In this document: piece by piece, positions 1 to 9,444 of the stretch
Numbering within the stretch: the stretch's first letter is position 1
Layout: each line of letters starts with the position of its first letter
Source: Anaerolineae bacterium
GTDB lineage: Bacteria; Chloroflexota; Anaerolineae; S140-20
Length of the DNA stretch: 64,000 nucleotides
NCBI GenBank assembly: GCA_027021705.1
Contig: JALUTT010000022.1
Coordinates: 60 to 64,059, forward strand
Reading direction: 5' to 3'
Program-made: the position numbers and the translations under genes
The notes under the pieces: model-generated
What the model was told of the DNA's origin: nothing
What the model saw: only the letters and a program-made list of their open reading frames with translations
The model's database searches: none

Positions 1-235
1 CCGGCCTGAGCGTTGTCTGGCCTTTGGAGGCAACTCAGAATGATGTCCCAAACTCGTGACGGTCGCCTGCTCCGGCCTTTTCAACCCCCCTGATTTGGAG
101 TATAATCAGGCGGGCTGCCGAGAAACGGGTATACAACGCCACGACCTCATCAGACGGATTTTGACGAACTGCTTCCTCCCCACACATACCCGAGTCACAC
201 CCCTGCCCAGACGAGGGAAATAGGAGTGAAGGCAA

Positions 236-451
236 ATGGCAAAGGTCTTCAACGTTATCATTGAGCGCGATGCGGAAGGTTACTATGTAGCCAGCGTCCC
301 AGAATTGCGCGGCTGTCACACTCAAGCGAGATCGTTGGACACCCTAATGGAGCGAATACGAGAGGCCATTGAGTTGTGCCTGGAGGTGGAAGGTGAAGAA
401 ACCCCATCTCAGGAATTCATTGGGGTTCAGCGCGTCTGGGTCGAAAGATGA
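236..451 (+). CDS. hicB: HicB-family antitoxin (short, no HTH)
   Basis: FNVIIERDAEGYYVASVPELRGCHTQARSLDTLMERIREAIELCLE is the HicB partial RNase H-fold pattern; overlaps the downstream hicA by 4 bp. Confidence 0.9.
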   Translation: MAKVFNVIIERDAEGYYVASVPELRGCHTQARSLDTLMERIREAIELCLEVEGEETPSQEFIGVQRVWVER

Positions 452-672
452 CGAAACTGCCGCGTCTCAAGGGCCGAGAACTGATTGCCGTATTGCGCAA
501 GGCCGGCTTCGAGGTGATACGGGTAAAGGGGAGCCATCACTTTCTACGTCACCCTGATGGCCGATGTACGGTTGTCCCCGTTCATCGCGGAGAGACAATT
601 GGTCCAGGTCTAATGTCCAAGATTCTACGCGATTGTGAGATGACACGTGACGAGTTGCTGAAATTGTTGTAG
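448..672 (+). CDS. hicA: HicA-family mRNA interferase toxin
   Basis: LRKAGFEVIRVKGSHHFLRHPDGRCTVVPVH contains the HicA GSH motif. Confidence 0.9.
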   Translation: MTKLPRLKGRELIAVLRKAGFEVIRVKGSHHFLRHPDGRCTVVPVHRGETIGPGLMSKILRDCEMTRDELLKLL

Positions 673-765
673 AGAGCCTTCTCAGAAGCGGCTTGTGTCT
701 AACGGTGCGGCGAGCGAAGTTGCCGTCGCAACATCTGGATGAACACCCGTCCAGAGGGGGTAGGT

Positions 766-1173
766 ATGAAGAAAAAGATCCGCGTCCTGATCGCCAAGCC
801 GGGGTTGGACGGTCACGACCGGGGGGCCAAGGTGATCGCCCGCGCCCTGCGCGACGCCGGCATGGAGGTGATCTACACCGGCCTGCGCCAGACCCCAGAG
901 ATGATCGCCGAGACGGCCCTCCAGGAGGACGTGGACGTCGTGGGGTTGAGCATCCTCTCCGGGGCCCACAACGCCCTGCTCCCCCGGGTCGTCCAGTTGC
1001 TCCGAGAGCAGGGGCTGGATGACGTGCTGGTGATCGCCGGCGGTATCATTCCCGACGAAGACGTGCCAGCCCTCAAGGAGGCCGGCATCGCCGCCGTCTT
1101 CGGCCCCGGTACCATCACCGACGAGATCGTGAGCTTTATCGAGGAGCACGTGCGCGGTGATGAAGCTGGTTGA
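766..1173 (+). CDS. Cobalamin-binding subunit of an acyl-CoA mutase (methylmalonyl-CoA mutase C-terminal type)
   Basis: [12 protein letters not shown] (DxHxxG) and SILSGAH motifs; ATG 766 follows GAGGGG. Confidence 0.93.
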   Translation: MKKKIRVLIAKPGLDGHDRGAKVIARALRDAGMEVIYTGLRQTPEMIAETALQEDVDVVGLSILSGAHNALLPRVVQLLREQGLDDVLVIAGGIIPDEDVPALKEAGIAAVFGPGTITDEIVSFIEEHVRGDEAG

Positions 1174-2155
1174 GCAGGCGCTGACGGGGGACCGGCGGGC
1201 GCTGGCCCGCCTGATCACCCTGGTGGAGAACAACGGCGCGGAAGCCCACGAAGCCCTCTCCACCCTCTACCCCCACACCGGTCGCGCCCACATCGTGGGC
1301 GTCACCGGAGCGCCGGGTACGGGAAAGAGCACGCTGGTCAACGAGCTGGCCAAAGCCTATCGGGCTCAGGGGGCCACGGTGGGGATCGTGGCCGTGGACC
1401 CGACCAGCCCCTTCTCCGGCGGAGCCCTGTTGGGCGACCGGGTGCGGATGCGTGACCTCTTCGGTGACCCCGGCGTCTTCATCCGCAGTATGGCCAGCCG
1501 GGGAAGCCTGGGCGGGCTGGCCCGGGCGACGGCGGACGTGGTGCAGGTGCTCGACGCCGTCGGCTACGACGTGATCCTGGTAGAGACGGTGGGGGCGGGC
1601 CAGAGTGAGGTGGAGATCGCCCGCACCGCCCACACGACGCTGGTGGTGGAAGCACCGGGGCTGGGCGACGAGGTGCAGGCCCTCAAGGCGGGCGTGCTGG
1701 AGATCGCCGACATCCTGGTGGTGAACAAGGCGGACCGGGAGGGAGCCATCCACACCGTCCGCGCCCTGCAGATGATGCTGGACCTGGGTCAGCCCCAGGT
1801 CACGATGCACCACGGCCAGGCGATGGAGGTGGCCGGCCTGGTCGGTCTGGCCGACGACGGGTGGAAGCCGCCCATCTGCCAGACGGTCGCCACCAGCGGC
1901 CAGGGGGTGCCGGAACTGATGGACTGCATCGCCGATCACCGGGCCTATTTGCGGGAGAGCGGGGAGTGGGAGCGGCGGGAACGGCTGCGGGCCGCCGCCC
2001 AATTGGAAAACCTGCTCCGAGAACGGCTTATCGCCCACTTGCTGGACCAGATCGGCCAGGAACGCCTCAGCGAGATCATCGCCCGGGTGGTGCGGCGGGA
2101 AGTGGACCCCCACTCGGCGGTCGAAGCGCTGCTCCGGCAGGTTGACAGTCCATAG
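1157..2155 (+). CDS. meaB: MeaB/ArgK mutase-associated GTPase
   Basis: [38 protein letters not shown] and VNKAD motifs. Confidence 0.95.
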   Translation: MMKLVEQALTGDRRALARLITLVENNGAEAHEALSTLYPHTGRAHIVGVTGAPGTGKSTLVNELAKAYRAQGATVGIVAVDPTSPFSGGALLGDRVRMRDLFGDPGVFIRSMASRGSLGGLARATADVVQVLDAVGYDVILVETVGAGQSEVEIARTAHTTLVVEAPGLGDEVQALKAGVLEIADILVVNKADREGAIHTVRALQMMLDLGQPQVTMHHGQAMEVAGLVGLADDGWKPPICQTVATSGQGVPELMDCIADHRAYLRESGEWERRERLRAAAQLENLLRERLIAHLLDQIGQERLSEIIARVVRREVDPHSAVEALLRQVDSP

Positions 2156-2202
2156 TCCACGGTCCGTACTCCGTTGTTGGCAACTTGACAAGCTGCCCTA
2201 GT

Positions 2203-2358
2203 GCAGTGATTACCCATAAGTGAGCGAGAGAGTGGTCCGTAGCAAGCCGTCCACGAATTGCTCACAAATGCACGAATGAGACGGTCCTTGATTCGTGTAT
2301 TCGTGCCCATTCGTGGACGGCTAGTCTCCCTATCTCCAAAGATATGGGTAATCACCGC
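2203..2358. mobile_element. MITE-like element A, copy 1 (156 bp)
   Basis: 14-bp TIR GC(A/G)GTGATTACCCA; 8-bp direct repeat GCCCTAGT at 2195-2202 and 2359-2366; near-identical copies at 28510 and 52562. Confidence 0.85.
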
Positions 2359-2369
2359 GCCCTAGTCTG

Positions 2370-2398
2370 TTGACGGCCCGGACGATTGGTGATAAAAT
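2370..2398 (+). promoter_or_regulatory. sigma70-type promoter for the adenosyltransferase-PFOR genes
   Basis: TTGACG-17 bp-TAAAAT. Confidence 0.7.
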
Positions 2399-2505
2399 TA
2401 GACACAAATCTACTTTATCCCCTCACTGCGAAAGGTTGAACAGGAGGGAGAGCGTTGGGGCGGCAACGCCACCACGCTCTCCCTGATCACAAGGGGACCT
2501 CGCCG

Positions 2506-3060
2506 ATGTCAGGAACCTTCTACACCCGCACGGGAGACGACGGCTACACCGGGCTGCTGGGGGCGGAACGGGTGCCCAAGTACCATCCCCGGCCTGAGGC
2601 CTACGGCACGGTGGACGAAGCGTCGGCAGCGCTGGGGATCGCCCGGGCGACAAGCACGATGGAGCGGACGCGCCGGGTGCTGCTGATCGTACAGCGCCAC
2701 CTCTACCACCTGATGGCCGAGCTGGCTGCGACCCCGGAGGCGGCCCCCCGTTTCCGGCGGATCGGGGATGAGCAGGTTGCCTGGTTGGAGGAGACCACCG
2801 ACGCCCTCAGTTCGGCCATCGCTCTCCCCCGGGAGTTCGTCGTCCCCGGCGAGAGCTTGGCCGGCGCCGCGCTGGACCTAGCCCGGACCATCGTGCGCCG
2901 GGCCGAGCGCCGGGTCGCCCGGCTGGTCCACGAAGGACAGGTGGAGAACGACGCGCTGCTGCGCTACCTCAACCGCCTCTCCTCGCTGCTCTTCGTCCTG
3001 GCCCGCTATGAGGATCAGCAGGTGGGCGCGGGAGGCGTGACGTTGGCGAAAGAGACCTGA
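2506..3060 (+). CDS. pduO: PduO-type cob(I)alamin adenosyltransferase
   Basis: YTRTGDDGYTGL, YGTVDEA, RTIVRRAERR and YLNRLSSLLFVLAR motifs. Confidence 0.92.
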   Translation: MSGTFYTRTGDDGYTGLLGAERVPKYHPRPEAYGTVDEASAALGIARATSTMERTRRVLLIVQRHLYHLMAELAATPEAAPRFRRIGDEQVAWLEETTDALSSAIALPREFVVPGESLAGAALDLARTIVRRAERRVARLVHEGQVENDALLRYLNRLSSLLFVLARYEDQQVGAGGVTLAKET

Positions 3061-3101
3061 GGTTCAGGGCGATGTCCAAAGAAGTGAAAGGAGGGAGGTT
3101 T

Positions 3102-5096
3102 ATGAGTGCGCAAGGTGAGAACCGGTTTCCCTATCCGGGGATTCCGACCACGTCGGATGGGGCGACCGGTGTGGTCTGGGTGGAGACCCACATCACAGAG
3201 GGCTCCTGCGCCTACCCCATCACCTCTTCGACCCCGATGGGGGTAGGCTACCAGGCCGAGGTTGCCAATGGCCGGCGCAACCTGTGGGGTACGTTGCTGG
3301 CCTTCATCGAGCCGGAGTCGGAACACAGCTCAGCCTCGGCTGCGGAGGGGTTCGCTGCCGCCGGCGGTCGGGTGACTAACTTTACCTCCGGCCAGGGGCT
3401 CATCCTGATGAAGGAAGTGCTCTACGTCATCGCCGGTAAGCGGCTGCCTGTCGTCTTCCACATCGGTGCCCGGGCGCTGACCAGCCAGAGCCTCAACGTC
3501 CACGCCGGGCACGACGACGTGATGGGGGTCGCCGACACCGGCTGGGGCATCCTCTTCGCCAAGAATGCCCAGGCGGCCACCGACCTGGCCCTCATCGCCC
3601 GACGGGCCGCCGAAGCCAGCCTGACTCCTTTCCTCAACGTCCAGGATGGCTTCCTGACCACCCACACCGTGGAGAACATCCTCTACCCCGAGCCCGAACT
3701 GATGAAGACCTTCGTCGGCGACCCTCGGGAGAAGCTGATCAACCTGATGGATCCCTACCATCCGGTCCAGGTCGGCGTCGTCCAGAACCAGGACAGCTAC
3801 ATGAAGGGCAAGATCGCCCAGCGCTACTACTACGAGAAAGTGGAGCCGGCCCTGGCCGAGGCGATGGAGACCTTCTACCGGCTGACCGGCCGCCGCTACG
3901 CCCTGGTCGAGCCCTACCGGCTGGAGGACGCCGAGTACGCCATCGTCGGGATGGGCAGCATGATGGAAACGACGGAGGCGGTGGTGGACTACCTGCGGGA
4001 GCAGGAGGGCTGGAAGGTGGGGGCGCTGCACGTCACCTGCTTCCGCCCCTTCCCCAGCCGGCAACTGGTGGAGGCCCTGAAGCACCTGAAAGCCTTCGCC
4101 GTCCTGGAGCGGCTGGACGTGCCCTTGGCCCAGTCCAACCCCCTGACGGCGGAGATCAAGGCCGCCTTCGCCGACGCCGTCATCGGAACGGAAGGGTACC
4201 CGGCTGTGGAGCGGGTTCCCACCATCTACTCCGGCTCGGCGGGCCTGGGCAGCCGGGACGTGCGCCCCGGTCACCTCATCGCCACCTTCCGCCACCTGAT
4301 CGAGGAGAAGCCCCGGCGCTACTTCGTCCTGGGCGTGGACCACGAACTGGCCCTGCGGGACGGTCACGACCCCGACCTCCGTCCGGCGGGGGCCTTCTCG
4401 ATGCGGGGCCACTCGGTGGGCGGGTTCGGCTCCGTCACCACCAACAAGATCATCGCCGACGTGATGAACGACCTCTTCGGCCTCTACGTGCAGGCCTATC
4501 CCAAGTACGGAGCCGAGAAACAGGGGCTGCCCACCACCTTCTACCTGACGCTGGCGCGGGAGCGGATCCGGCTACACAGTGAGTTGACCACCATCGAGTT
4601 CGTCTACGTCCACAGCACCGACGCCTTCTACACGGGCAACCCGGTGGCCGGCCTGCGCCCCGGCGGGACGCTCTTCATCCAGACACCCTACACCGACCCG
4701 ATGGAGATCTGGCGGCACGTGCCCGCCTACGCCCGCAAGGCGATCCGGGAACGGAAGATCCGGGTGATGGCGCTGGACTCGGCCAAGATCGCCCGCGAGG
4801 TGGCCACCGACCCGGCGCTGGAGGTGCGGATGCAGGGGATCGTCCTGCTGGGCGTCTTCCTGAAGGCCACCCCCTTCGCCGAGGAGGCGGGCCTCTCCAA
4901 GGAGGCGCTGATGGCGTCGGCCGAGGAGGCGCTGCGCAAGAAGTTCGGCAAGCGCGGGGAGCAGGTCGTCCAGGAGAACCTGATCTGCGTCCGCCGGGGC
5001 TACGAGGAGGTCTTCGAGGTCCCGCCGGAGGTGATTGCCCAGGAGCCGCCTCCCATCGGACGGGAGCGGCTGTTCGCCCGGGTCGGCGTGGCCTAG
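3102..5096 (+). CDS. Pyruvate:ferredoxin/flavodoxin oxidoreductase, N-terminal part (alpha+gamma domains)
   Basis: YPITSSTPM, ESEHSSASAAEG, NFTSGQGL, GHDD and GFGSVTTNK motifs; alternative start 3072. Confidence 0.9.
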   Translation: MSAQGENRFPYPGIPTTSDGATGVVWVETHITEGSCAYPITSSTPMGVGYQAEVANGRRNLWGTLLAFIEPESEHSSASAAEGFAAAGGRVTNFTSGQGLILMKEVLYVIAGKRLPVVFHIGARALTSQSLNVHAGHDDVMGVADTGWGILFAKNAQAATDLALIARRAAEASLTPFLNVQDGFLTTHTVENILYPEPELMKTFVGDPREKLINLMDPYHPVQVGVVQNQDSYMKGKIAQRYYYEKVEPALAEAMETFYRLTGRRYALVEPYRLEDAEYAIVGMGSMMETTEAVVDYLREQEGWKVGALHVTCFRPFPSRQLVEALKHLKAFAVLERLDVPLAQSNPLTAEIKAAFADAVIGTEGYPAVERVPTIYSGSAGLGSRDVRPGHLIATFRHLIEEKPRRYFVLGVDHELALRDGHDPDLRPAGAFSMRGHSVGGFGSVTTNKIIADVMNDLFGLYVQAYPKYGAEKQGLPTTFYLTLARERIRLHSELTTIEFVYVHSTDAFYTGNPVAGLRPGGTLFIQTPYTDPMEIWRHVPAYARKAIRERKIRVMALDSAKIAREVATDPALEVRMQGIVLLGVFLKATPFAEEAGLSKEALMASAEEALRKKFGKRGEQVVQENLICVRRGYEEVFEVPPEVIAQEPPPIGRERLFARVGVA

Positions 5097-5136
5097 TCCG
5101 GCCTTTCGAGAGATCGTTACCGAGGAGAGGTGACCG

Positions 5137-6756
5137 ATGGGTGTGACAACGGATCAGTTTCAGATCGAGAAAGTGAGCACGGGGGGCGACGGCGATGGCT
5201 ACAGCCCCGACGTGATTGACGTGGAAGCCTTCTTCCAGCGGGTGATCACCGGCTACAACGAGGGCTGGGGGCCGGAGGAGTTGCCGGCCGACCTGATGAC
5301 CGCCCGCAGCCTGGTGCCGGCGGGGACCGGGGCCTTCCGCGACTTCAGCTACCTGGCCCCGGAGATCCCCGAGTTCCACAAGGAGCGCTGCACCGCCTGT
5401 ATGTCCTGCGTCAACGCCTGCCCCGACACGGCCATCCTGGGCAAGGTGGTGACGCCGGAGACGCTGGAGGAGCACCTGGCCGGCGTCGAGGACGAGGCGG
5501 AGCGGGCCTACCTGCGCGACCAGTTCGCCGTCACCCGCAAGTTCTACGAGTCGCGGGAGCGGCGGGGGCAGACGCCCGGCTACTTCGGCATCTTCATTGA
5601 CCCGACCAAGTGCAAGGGGTGCGCCGAGTGCGTGGAGGTCTGCCACGACCTGGGCTTTGACGCCCTGAGCATGATCACCAAGCGGGACGAGACCGTTCCC
5701 ATCTACCAGAAGGCCATCAACTTCTTCCGCCGGCTCCCGCCGACGCCGGAGGAGTTCATCTCCGAGCGGCTGCCGGTGGACTACATGCTGAGCGAGGAGG
5801 CCCTCAGCTACGTGGGCGGGGCCGGCTCCTGCGCCGGCTGCGGTGAGGCCACGGCCCTGCGGATGCTGATGGCGGCCACCACCTACCAGTACGGTCGGGA
5901 GAACATGGCCATCGTCGCCGCGACCGGCTGCAACACCGTCTACGGGTCCACCTACCCCTACAACCCCTTCCTGGTGCCCTGGATCAACTCCCTCTTCGAG
6001 AACGCACCGACGACGGCCATGGGCATCCGCGCCCACTGGGATCAACTGGGCTGGCAGGAGAAGCGGCTCTGGGTCCTCGGCGGGGACGGGGCGATGTACG
6101 ACATCGGCTTCCAGGCCCTCAGCCGGATGGTGGCCTCGGGGATGGACATCAAGGTCTTCGTTATGGACACCCAGGTCTACTCTAACACGGGGGGCCAGGC
6201 CAGCACCGCCTCCTTCCCCGGCCAGGGGGCCAAGATGGCGGCCATCGGCAGGACGATCAAGGGGAAGCAGGAGCAGCGGAAGGAGTTGGGCCGCATTATG
6301 ATGATGCACCCCAACGTTTTCGTGGCCCAGACGGTGACGGCCATCCCCAACCACTTCTACCGGGCGGTGATGGAGGCCAACACCTATCCCGGCCCGGCGG
6401 TGGTGATCGTCTACACGCCCTGCCAGCCGGAGCACGGCATCGCCGCCGACCGGAGCCGGTATCAGGCCAAGCTGGCCGTCGAATCCCGCGCCTTCCCCGT
6501 CTTCATCTACGACCCACGCAAGGGGGAGACGATGCGGGAGCGGCTGGACCTGAAGGGGAACCCGGCGGTGAAGGAGGATTGGTACGTGGTGCCCAAGACG
6601 GGGGAGCGGATTGACTTCATCACCTTCGCCCGCAGCGAGGGCCGTTTCGCCCGCAACTTCGACGCCGAGGGGAACCCCAACGAGATCCTGCTGAAGGCCC
6701 AGGAGGATCGGCTGCAGAACTGGCGGCTGCTCCAAGAGCTGGCCGGCCTGCGCTGA
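5137..6756 (+). CDS. Pyruvate:ferredoxin oxidoreductase, ferredoxin + TPP-binding (beta) part
   Basis: CTACMSCVNACP and CKGCAECVEVC 4Fe-4S motifs; GSCAGCGE, ATGC, GGDGAMYDIG and YSNTGGQ motifs. Confidence 0.92.
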   Translation: MGVTTDQFQIEKVSTGGDGDGYSPDVIDVEAFFQRVITGYNEGWGPEELPADLMTARSLVPAGTGAFRDFSYLAPEIPEFHKERCTACMSCVNACPDTAILGKVVTPETLEEHLAGVEDEAERAYLRDQFAVTRKFYESRERRGQTPGYFGIFIDPTKCKGCAECVEVCHDLGFDALSMITKRDETVPIYQKAINFFRRLPPTPEEFISERLPVDYMLSEEALSYVGGAGSCAGCGEATALRMLMAATTYQYGRENMAIVAATGCNTVYGSTYPYNPFLVPWINSLFENAPTTAMGIRAHWDQLGWQEKRLWVLGGDGAMYDIGFQALSRMVASGMDIKVFVMDTQVYSNTGGQASTASFPGQGAKMAAIGRTIKGKQEQRKELGRIMMMHPNVFVAQTVTAIPNHFYRAVMEANTYPGPAVVIVYTPCQPEHGIAADRSRYQAKLAVESRAFPVFIYDPRKGETMRERLDLKGNPAVKEDWYVVPKTGERIDFITFARSEGRFARNFDAEGNPNEILLKAQEDRLQNWRLLQELAGLR

Positions 6757-6796
6757 CCCTCGCGCGAGGCCATCCCCACGAGCTCAAGGGTGAGCG

Positions 6797-6830
6797 AAGC
6801 CCCGTCTCCTGGCTGGGAGACGGGGCTTTT
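6797..6830 (+). terminator. Intrinsic terminator after the PFOR genes
   Basis: AAGCCCCGTCTCC stem paired with GGAGACGGGGCTT, followed by a T run. Confidence 0.8.
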
Positions 6831-6897
6831 CGTCTCACCTGCCATCGTCCAAGACGCCCGGGCGTCTCTGAGCGGCAGTGCGCTATCATCCAATGGA

Positions 6898-6938
6898 TGT
6901 AAAGCACACTTGACAAAATGTAAAGTCTGCTTTACAAT
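6898..6938 (+). promoter_or_regulatory. Promoter overlapped by two tandem palindromic operators (probable XRE autorepression)
   Basis: TTGACA(6910)-17-TACAAT(6933); TGTAAAG-N4-CTTGACA at 6898-6915 and TGTAAAG-N4-CTTTACA at 6919-6936. Confidence 0.8.
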
Positions 6939-7078
6939 ACAGTCGGCTCCAGACTTCCGAAGCAGAAAGAAACCGCTCCCGCCGGGCGGCAAGTCACGGA
7001 CTCGCCGCGAGCAAGAACCCAGGGGAACGCGCGATGCAAGTGTAACGCCGGCCCCTCCAATACGGGAGAACCATCGCT

Positions 7079-7312
7079 ATGGAGGTCCGTAATCGCCTGA
7101 AGGAACTGCGTGCCCGGCACGGCTTGACTCAGGAGGCACTGGCCAAGGCAATCGGCGTATCGCGGCAGACGATCATCGCTATGGAAAAGGGGCGCTACAA
7201 CCCCTCGGTTCAGGTTGCGCTCCTTCTGGCCAGGGTGCTGGGTGAGCCTGTGGAATCCATCTTCTGGCTCGAGACATCACCCTCGAACGCGGAAGGAGAG
7301 AGGTCTTTATGA
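7079..7312 (+). CDS. XRE/Cro-family HTH transcriptional regulator
   Basis: RNRLKELRARHGLTQEALAKAIGVSRQTIIAMEKGRYNPS. Confidence 0.93.
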   Translation: MEVRNRLKELRARHGLTQEALAKAIGVSRQTIIAMEKGRYNPSVQVALLLARVLGEPVESIFWLETSPSNAEGERSL

Positions 7313-7680
7313 AAGACTTGATGGGGTACTACGTTACTCGGACGGCCCTTGCCGTGGTGGTCGCCGGTGCGACCTGGATGGCGATGGGCTCGATCTGGCT
7401 GGCCGTAGCGATCGGGCTGGCGGTGATGGCCGGCTTTATAGCGTATGCTCACAGCGGACACTTCGTCGTGGATCCCAGCCGGCCCTTTGCCCCTCTGCGG
7501 CGGGATGAGCGGGAGCAGGCCATCACCTACCGGGCAGCCACCTATGCCTTCATCGCCGTTATGGGGGGGCTGGCGCTGGTCAGCATGCTCAACCTGTCAG
7601 GACGGTGGGCCTCAGCCATCCTACTGGGTGGGGTTGCCGTCTACTTTCTAGCCCGGGCCTGGCTCCGACACGTGATGTAG
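7309..7680 (+). CDS. Small membrane protein (DUF2178-like)
   Basis: Four hydrophobic segments with an RRDERE...YRAATYAF motif; coupled to the XRE gene. Confidence 0.65.
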   Translation: MKDLMGYYVTRTALAVVVAGATWMAMGSIWLAVAIGLAVMAGFIAYAHSGHFVVDPSRPFAPLRRDEREQAITYRAATYAFIAVMGGLALVSMLNLSGRWASAILLGGVAVYFLARAWLRHVM

Positions 7681-7726
7681 CCACGCCCGGCCCGGAACCC
7701 GACGACGCCCGTCCGAGGAGGTCGGC

Positions 7727-8659
7727 ATGACAGAGACAGCTATCTACACCGACAACCTAACACGCGACTTCAGCACCGTCCGGGCGGTGGATGGCCTCTC
7801 CCTGGAAATCCCCGCCGGCACCATCTTCGGCTTCCTGGGACCCAACGGTGCAGGCAAGACGACCACCATCCGCCTGTTGCTGGGCTTGCTGGAGCCAACC
7901 GAGGGACGCGCCGAGGTGCTGGGCTTCGACACCCGAACGCAGGCGGATGAGATCCGCGCCCGCGTGGGGGCACTGCTGGAACACCACGGCCTCTACGAAC
8001 GGCTGAGCGCGGAGGACAACCTGGAGTTCTATGGCCGGGTATGGCACCTGCCACGGGCGGAGCGACAGGCTCGCATCCGGGATCTGCTCACCCGCCTGGG
8101 CCTGTGGGAGAGGCGGAAAGAGCAGGTCAGGACCTGGAGCCGAGGGATGAAGCAGAAGCTGGCTCTGGCCCGCGCCCTCCTGCACCGACCGTCCCTGATC
8201 TTCTTGGACGAGCCGACGGCAGGGCTGGATCCCGTGGCCGCAGCCGCGGTGCAAGAGGACCTGGCGACACTGGTCGCCCGTGAGGGGGTGACGGTCTTCC
8301 TGACCACCCACAACCTGGCGGAGGCGGAGAAGCTGTGCCACCTGGTGGGCGTGATTCGAGAGGGGAGGTTGCTGGCCGTCGGGTCCCTGAACGAACTGCG
8401 TAGCAGGGCCAGAGCGCCACAGGTCACGGTGACAGGGCGTGGGTTCACCGATGAAGTGCTGGCTCTGCTACGGGCACGACCCGAGGTGACCGAGGCAGCA
8501 CTACAGAACAGCGTCCTCTCCCTGACCCTGCGCAAAAGGACGGAGATCGCCCCCCTGGTGGCCGCCCTGGTGAAGGCTGGCGTCCAGGTGGACGAAGTGC
8601 GCCGGGATGAGGTCAGCCTGGAAGAGGTCTTTCTGACATTGATGGAGGAGGCACAATGA
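7727..8659 (+). CDS. ABC exporter ATP-binding protein
   Basis: GPNGAGKTT, WSRGMKQKL, FLDEPTAGLD and LTTH motifs. Confidence 0.93.
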   Translation: MTETAIYTDNLTRDFSTVRAVDGLSLEIPAGTIFGFLGPNGAGKTTTIRLLLGLLEPTEGRAEVLGFDTRTQADEIRARVGALLEHHGLYERLSAEDNLEFYGRVWHLPRAERQARIRDLLTRLGLWERRKEQVRTWSRGMKQKLALARALLHRPSLIFLDEPTAGLDPVAAAAVQEDLATLVAREGVTVFLTTHNLAEAEKLCHLVGVIREGRLLAVGSLNELRSRARAPQVTVTGRGFTDEVLALLRARPEVTEAALQNSVLSLTLRKRTEIAPLVAALVKAGVQVDEVRRDEVSLEEVFLTLMEEAQ

Positions 8660-9381
8660 TCGGCGACATCTGGGCCGTTATGTGGAAGGAGTGGAAGGAG
8701 CTCTCGCAGGGGGCCGGCCGTGGACGCCTGGGGCTACTGGCCTTTCTCGGTGTTTTCGGCGTGTTCATGCCCCTGCAGATGGGGCGGGAGTGGGTCGCAT
8801 CACCGCTGGTGCCCGTCGCTGCTGTGTGGGTATCCCTCTTCCTGGTGACCACGGTGGTCTCCGACTCCTTTGCCGGCGAGCGAGAGCGGCATACGCTGGA
8901 GACGCTGCTGGCCAGCCGGCTCCCAGACTGGGCAATTCTGTTCGGCAAAGTGGGCGCTGCCGCTGCTTACGGTTGGGGACTGACGACACTGGGACTGCTC
9001 CTCAGCCTGGTGACAATAAACACAGCGTACCGTGCGGGCAGGGCCTTGCTCTTTCCGACCACCATCGGTCTGGGAGCCGTGGTTCTGAGCTTCCTAGGCG
9101 CTGGCCTGGCAACCGGGGCCGGGGTTCTGATCTCCCTGCGGGCGGCCAGCGTGCGCCAGGCTCAGCAGACGATGAGTTTCGCCCTCATGGCGCTGGTCTT
9201 CGGCATCGGGTTCGGCGGTCAGGCCTTGCCGGATGCGTGGAAGGTACGCCTGGCCCAGACATTGGCTGGGATGGATACCTCCCTGGCCCTACTCATCAGC
9301 GCCGGCATGCTGGTCCTGTTGGACTTTGGCCTGCTCGCAGCGGCTATGGGCCGGTTTCAACGGGCACGGCTGATCGCATAG
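8656..9381 (+). CDS. ABC-2 type permease
   Basis: About six TM helices; SFAGERERHTLETLLASRL motif. Confidence 0.88.
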   Translation: MIGDIWAVMWKEWKELSQGAGRGRLGLLAFLGVFGVFMPLQMGREWVASPLVPVAAVWVSLFLVTTVVSDSFAGERERHTLETLLASRLPDWAILFGKVGAAAAYGWGLTTLGLLLSLVTINTAYRAGRALLFPTTIGLGAVVLSFLGAGLATGAGVLISLRAASVRQAQQTMSFALMALVFGIGFGGQALPDAWKVRLAQTLAGMDTSLALLISAGMLVLLDFGLLAAAMGRFQRARLIA

Positions 9382-9444
9382 GCTCCACCCACCCCGTTCC
9401 CCCATATCCCCATCGTTGTGCAGCGCCTTTTATGCGCGGCTGCG

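Noticed and set aside
696-730. attC remnant (GTCTAACGGTGCGGCGAGC) after hicBA
   Set aside because: Only one arm resembles attC; no matching GTTRRRY or L box nearby.
2399-2505. Cobalamin riboswitch upstream of pduO
   Set aside because: No B12-box or GGGAA core motifs found.
5096-5137. PFOR split as a frameshift or pseudogene
   Set aside because: The second gene has its own RBS (GAGGAGAGG) and ATG, the break falls at a domain boundary, and all motifs are intact.
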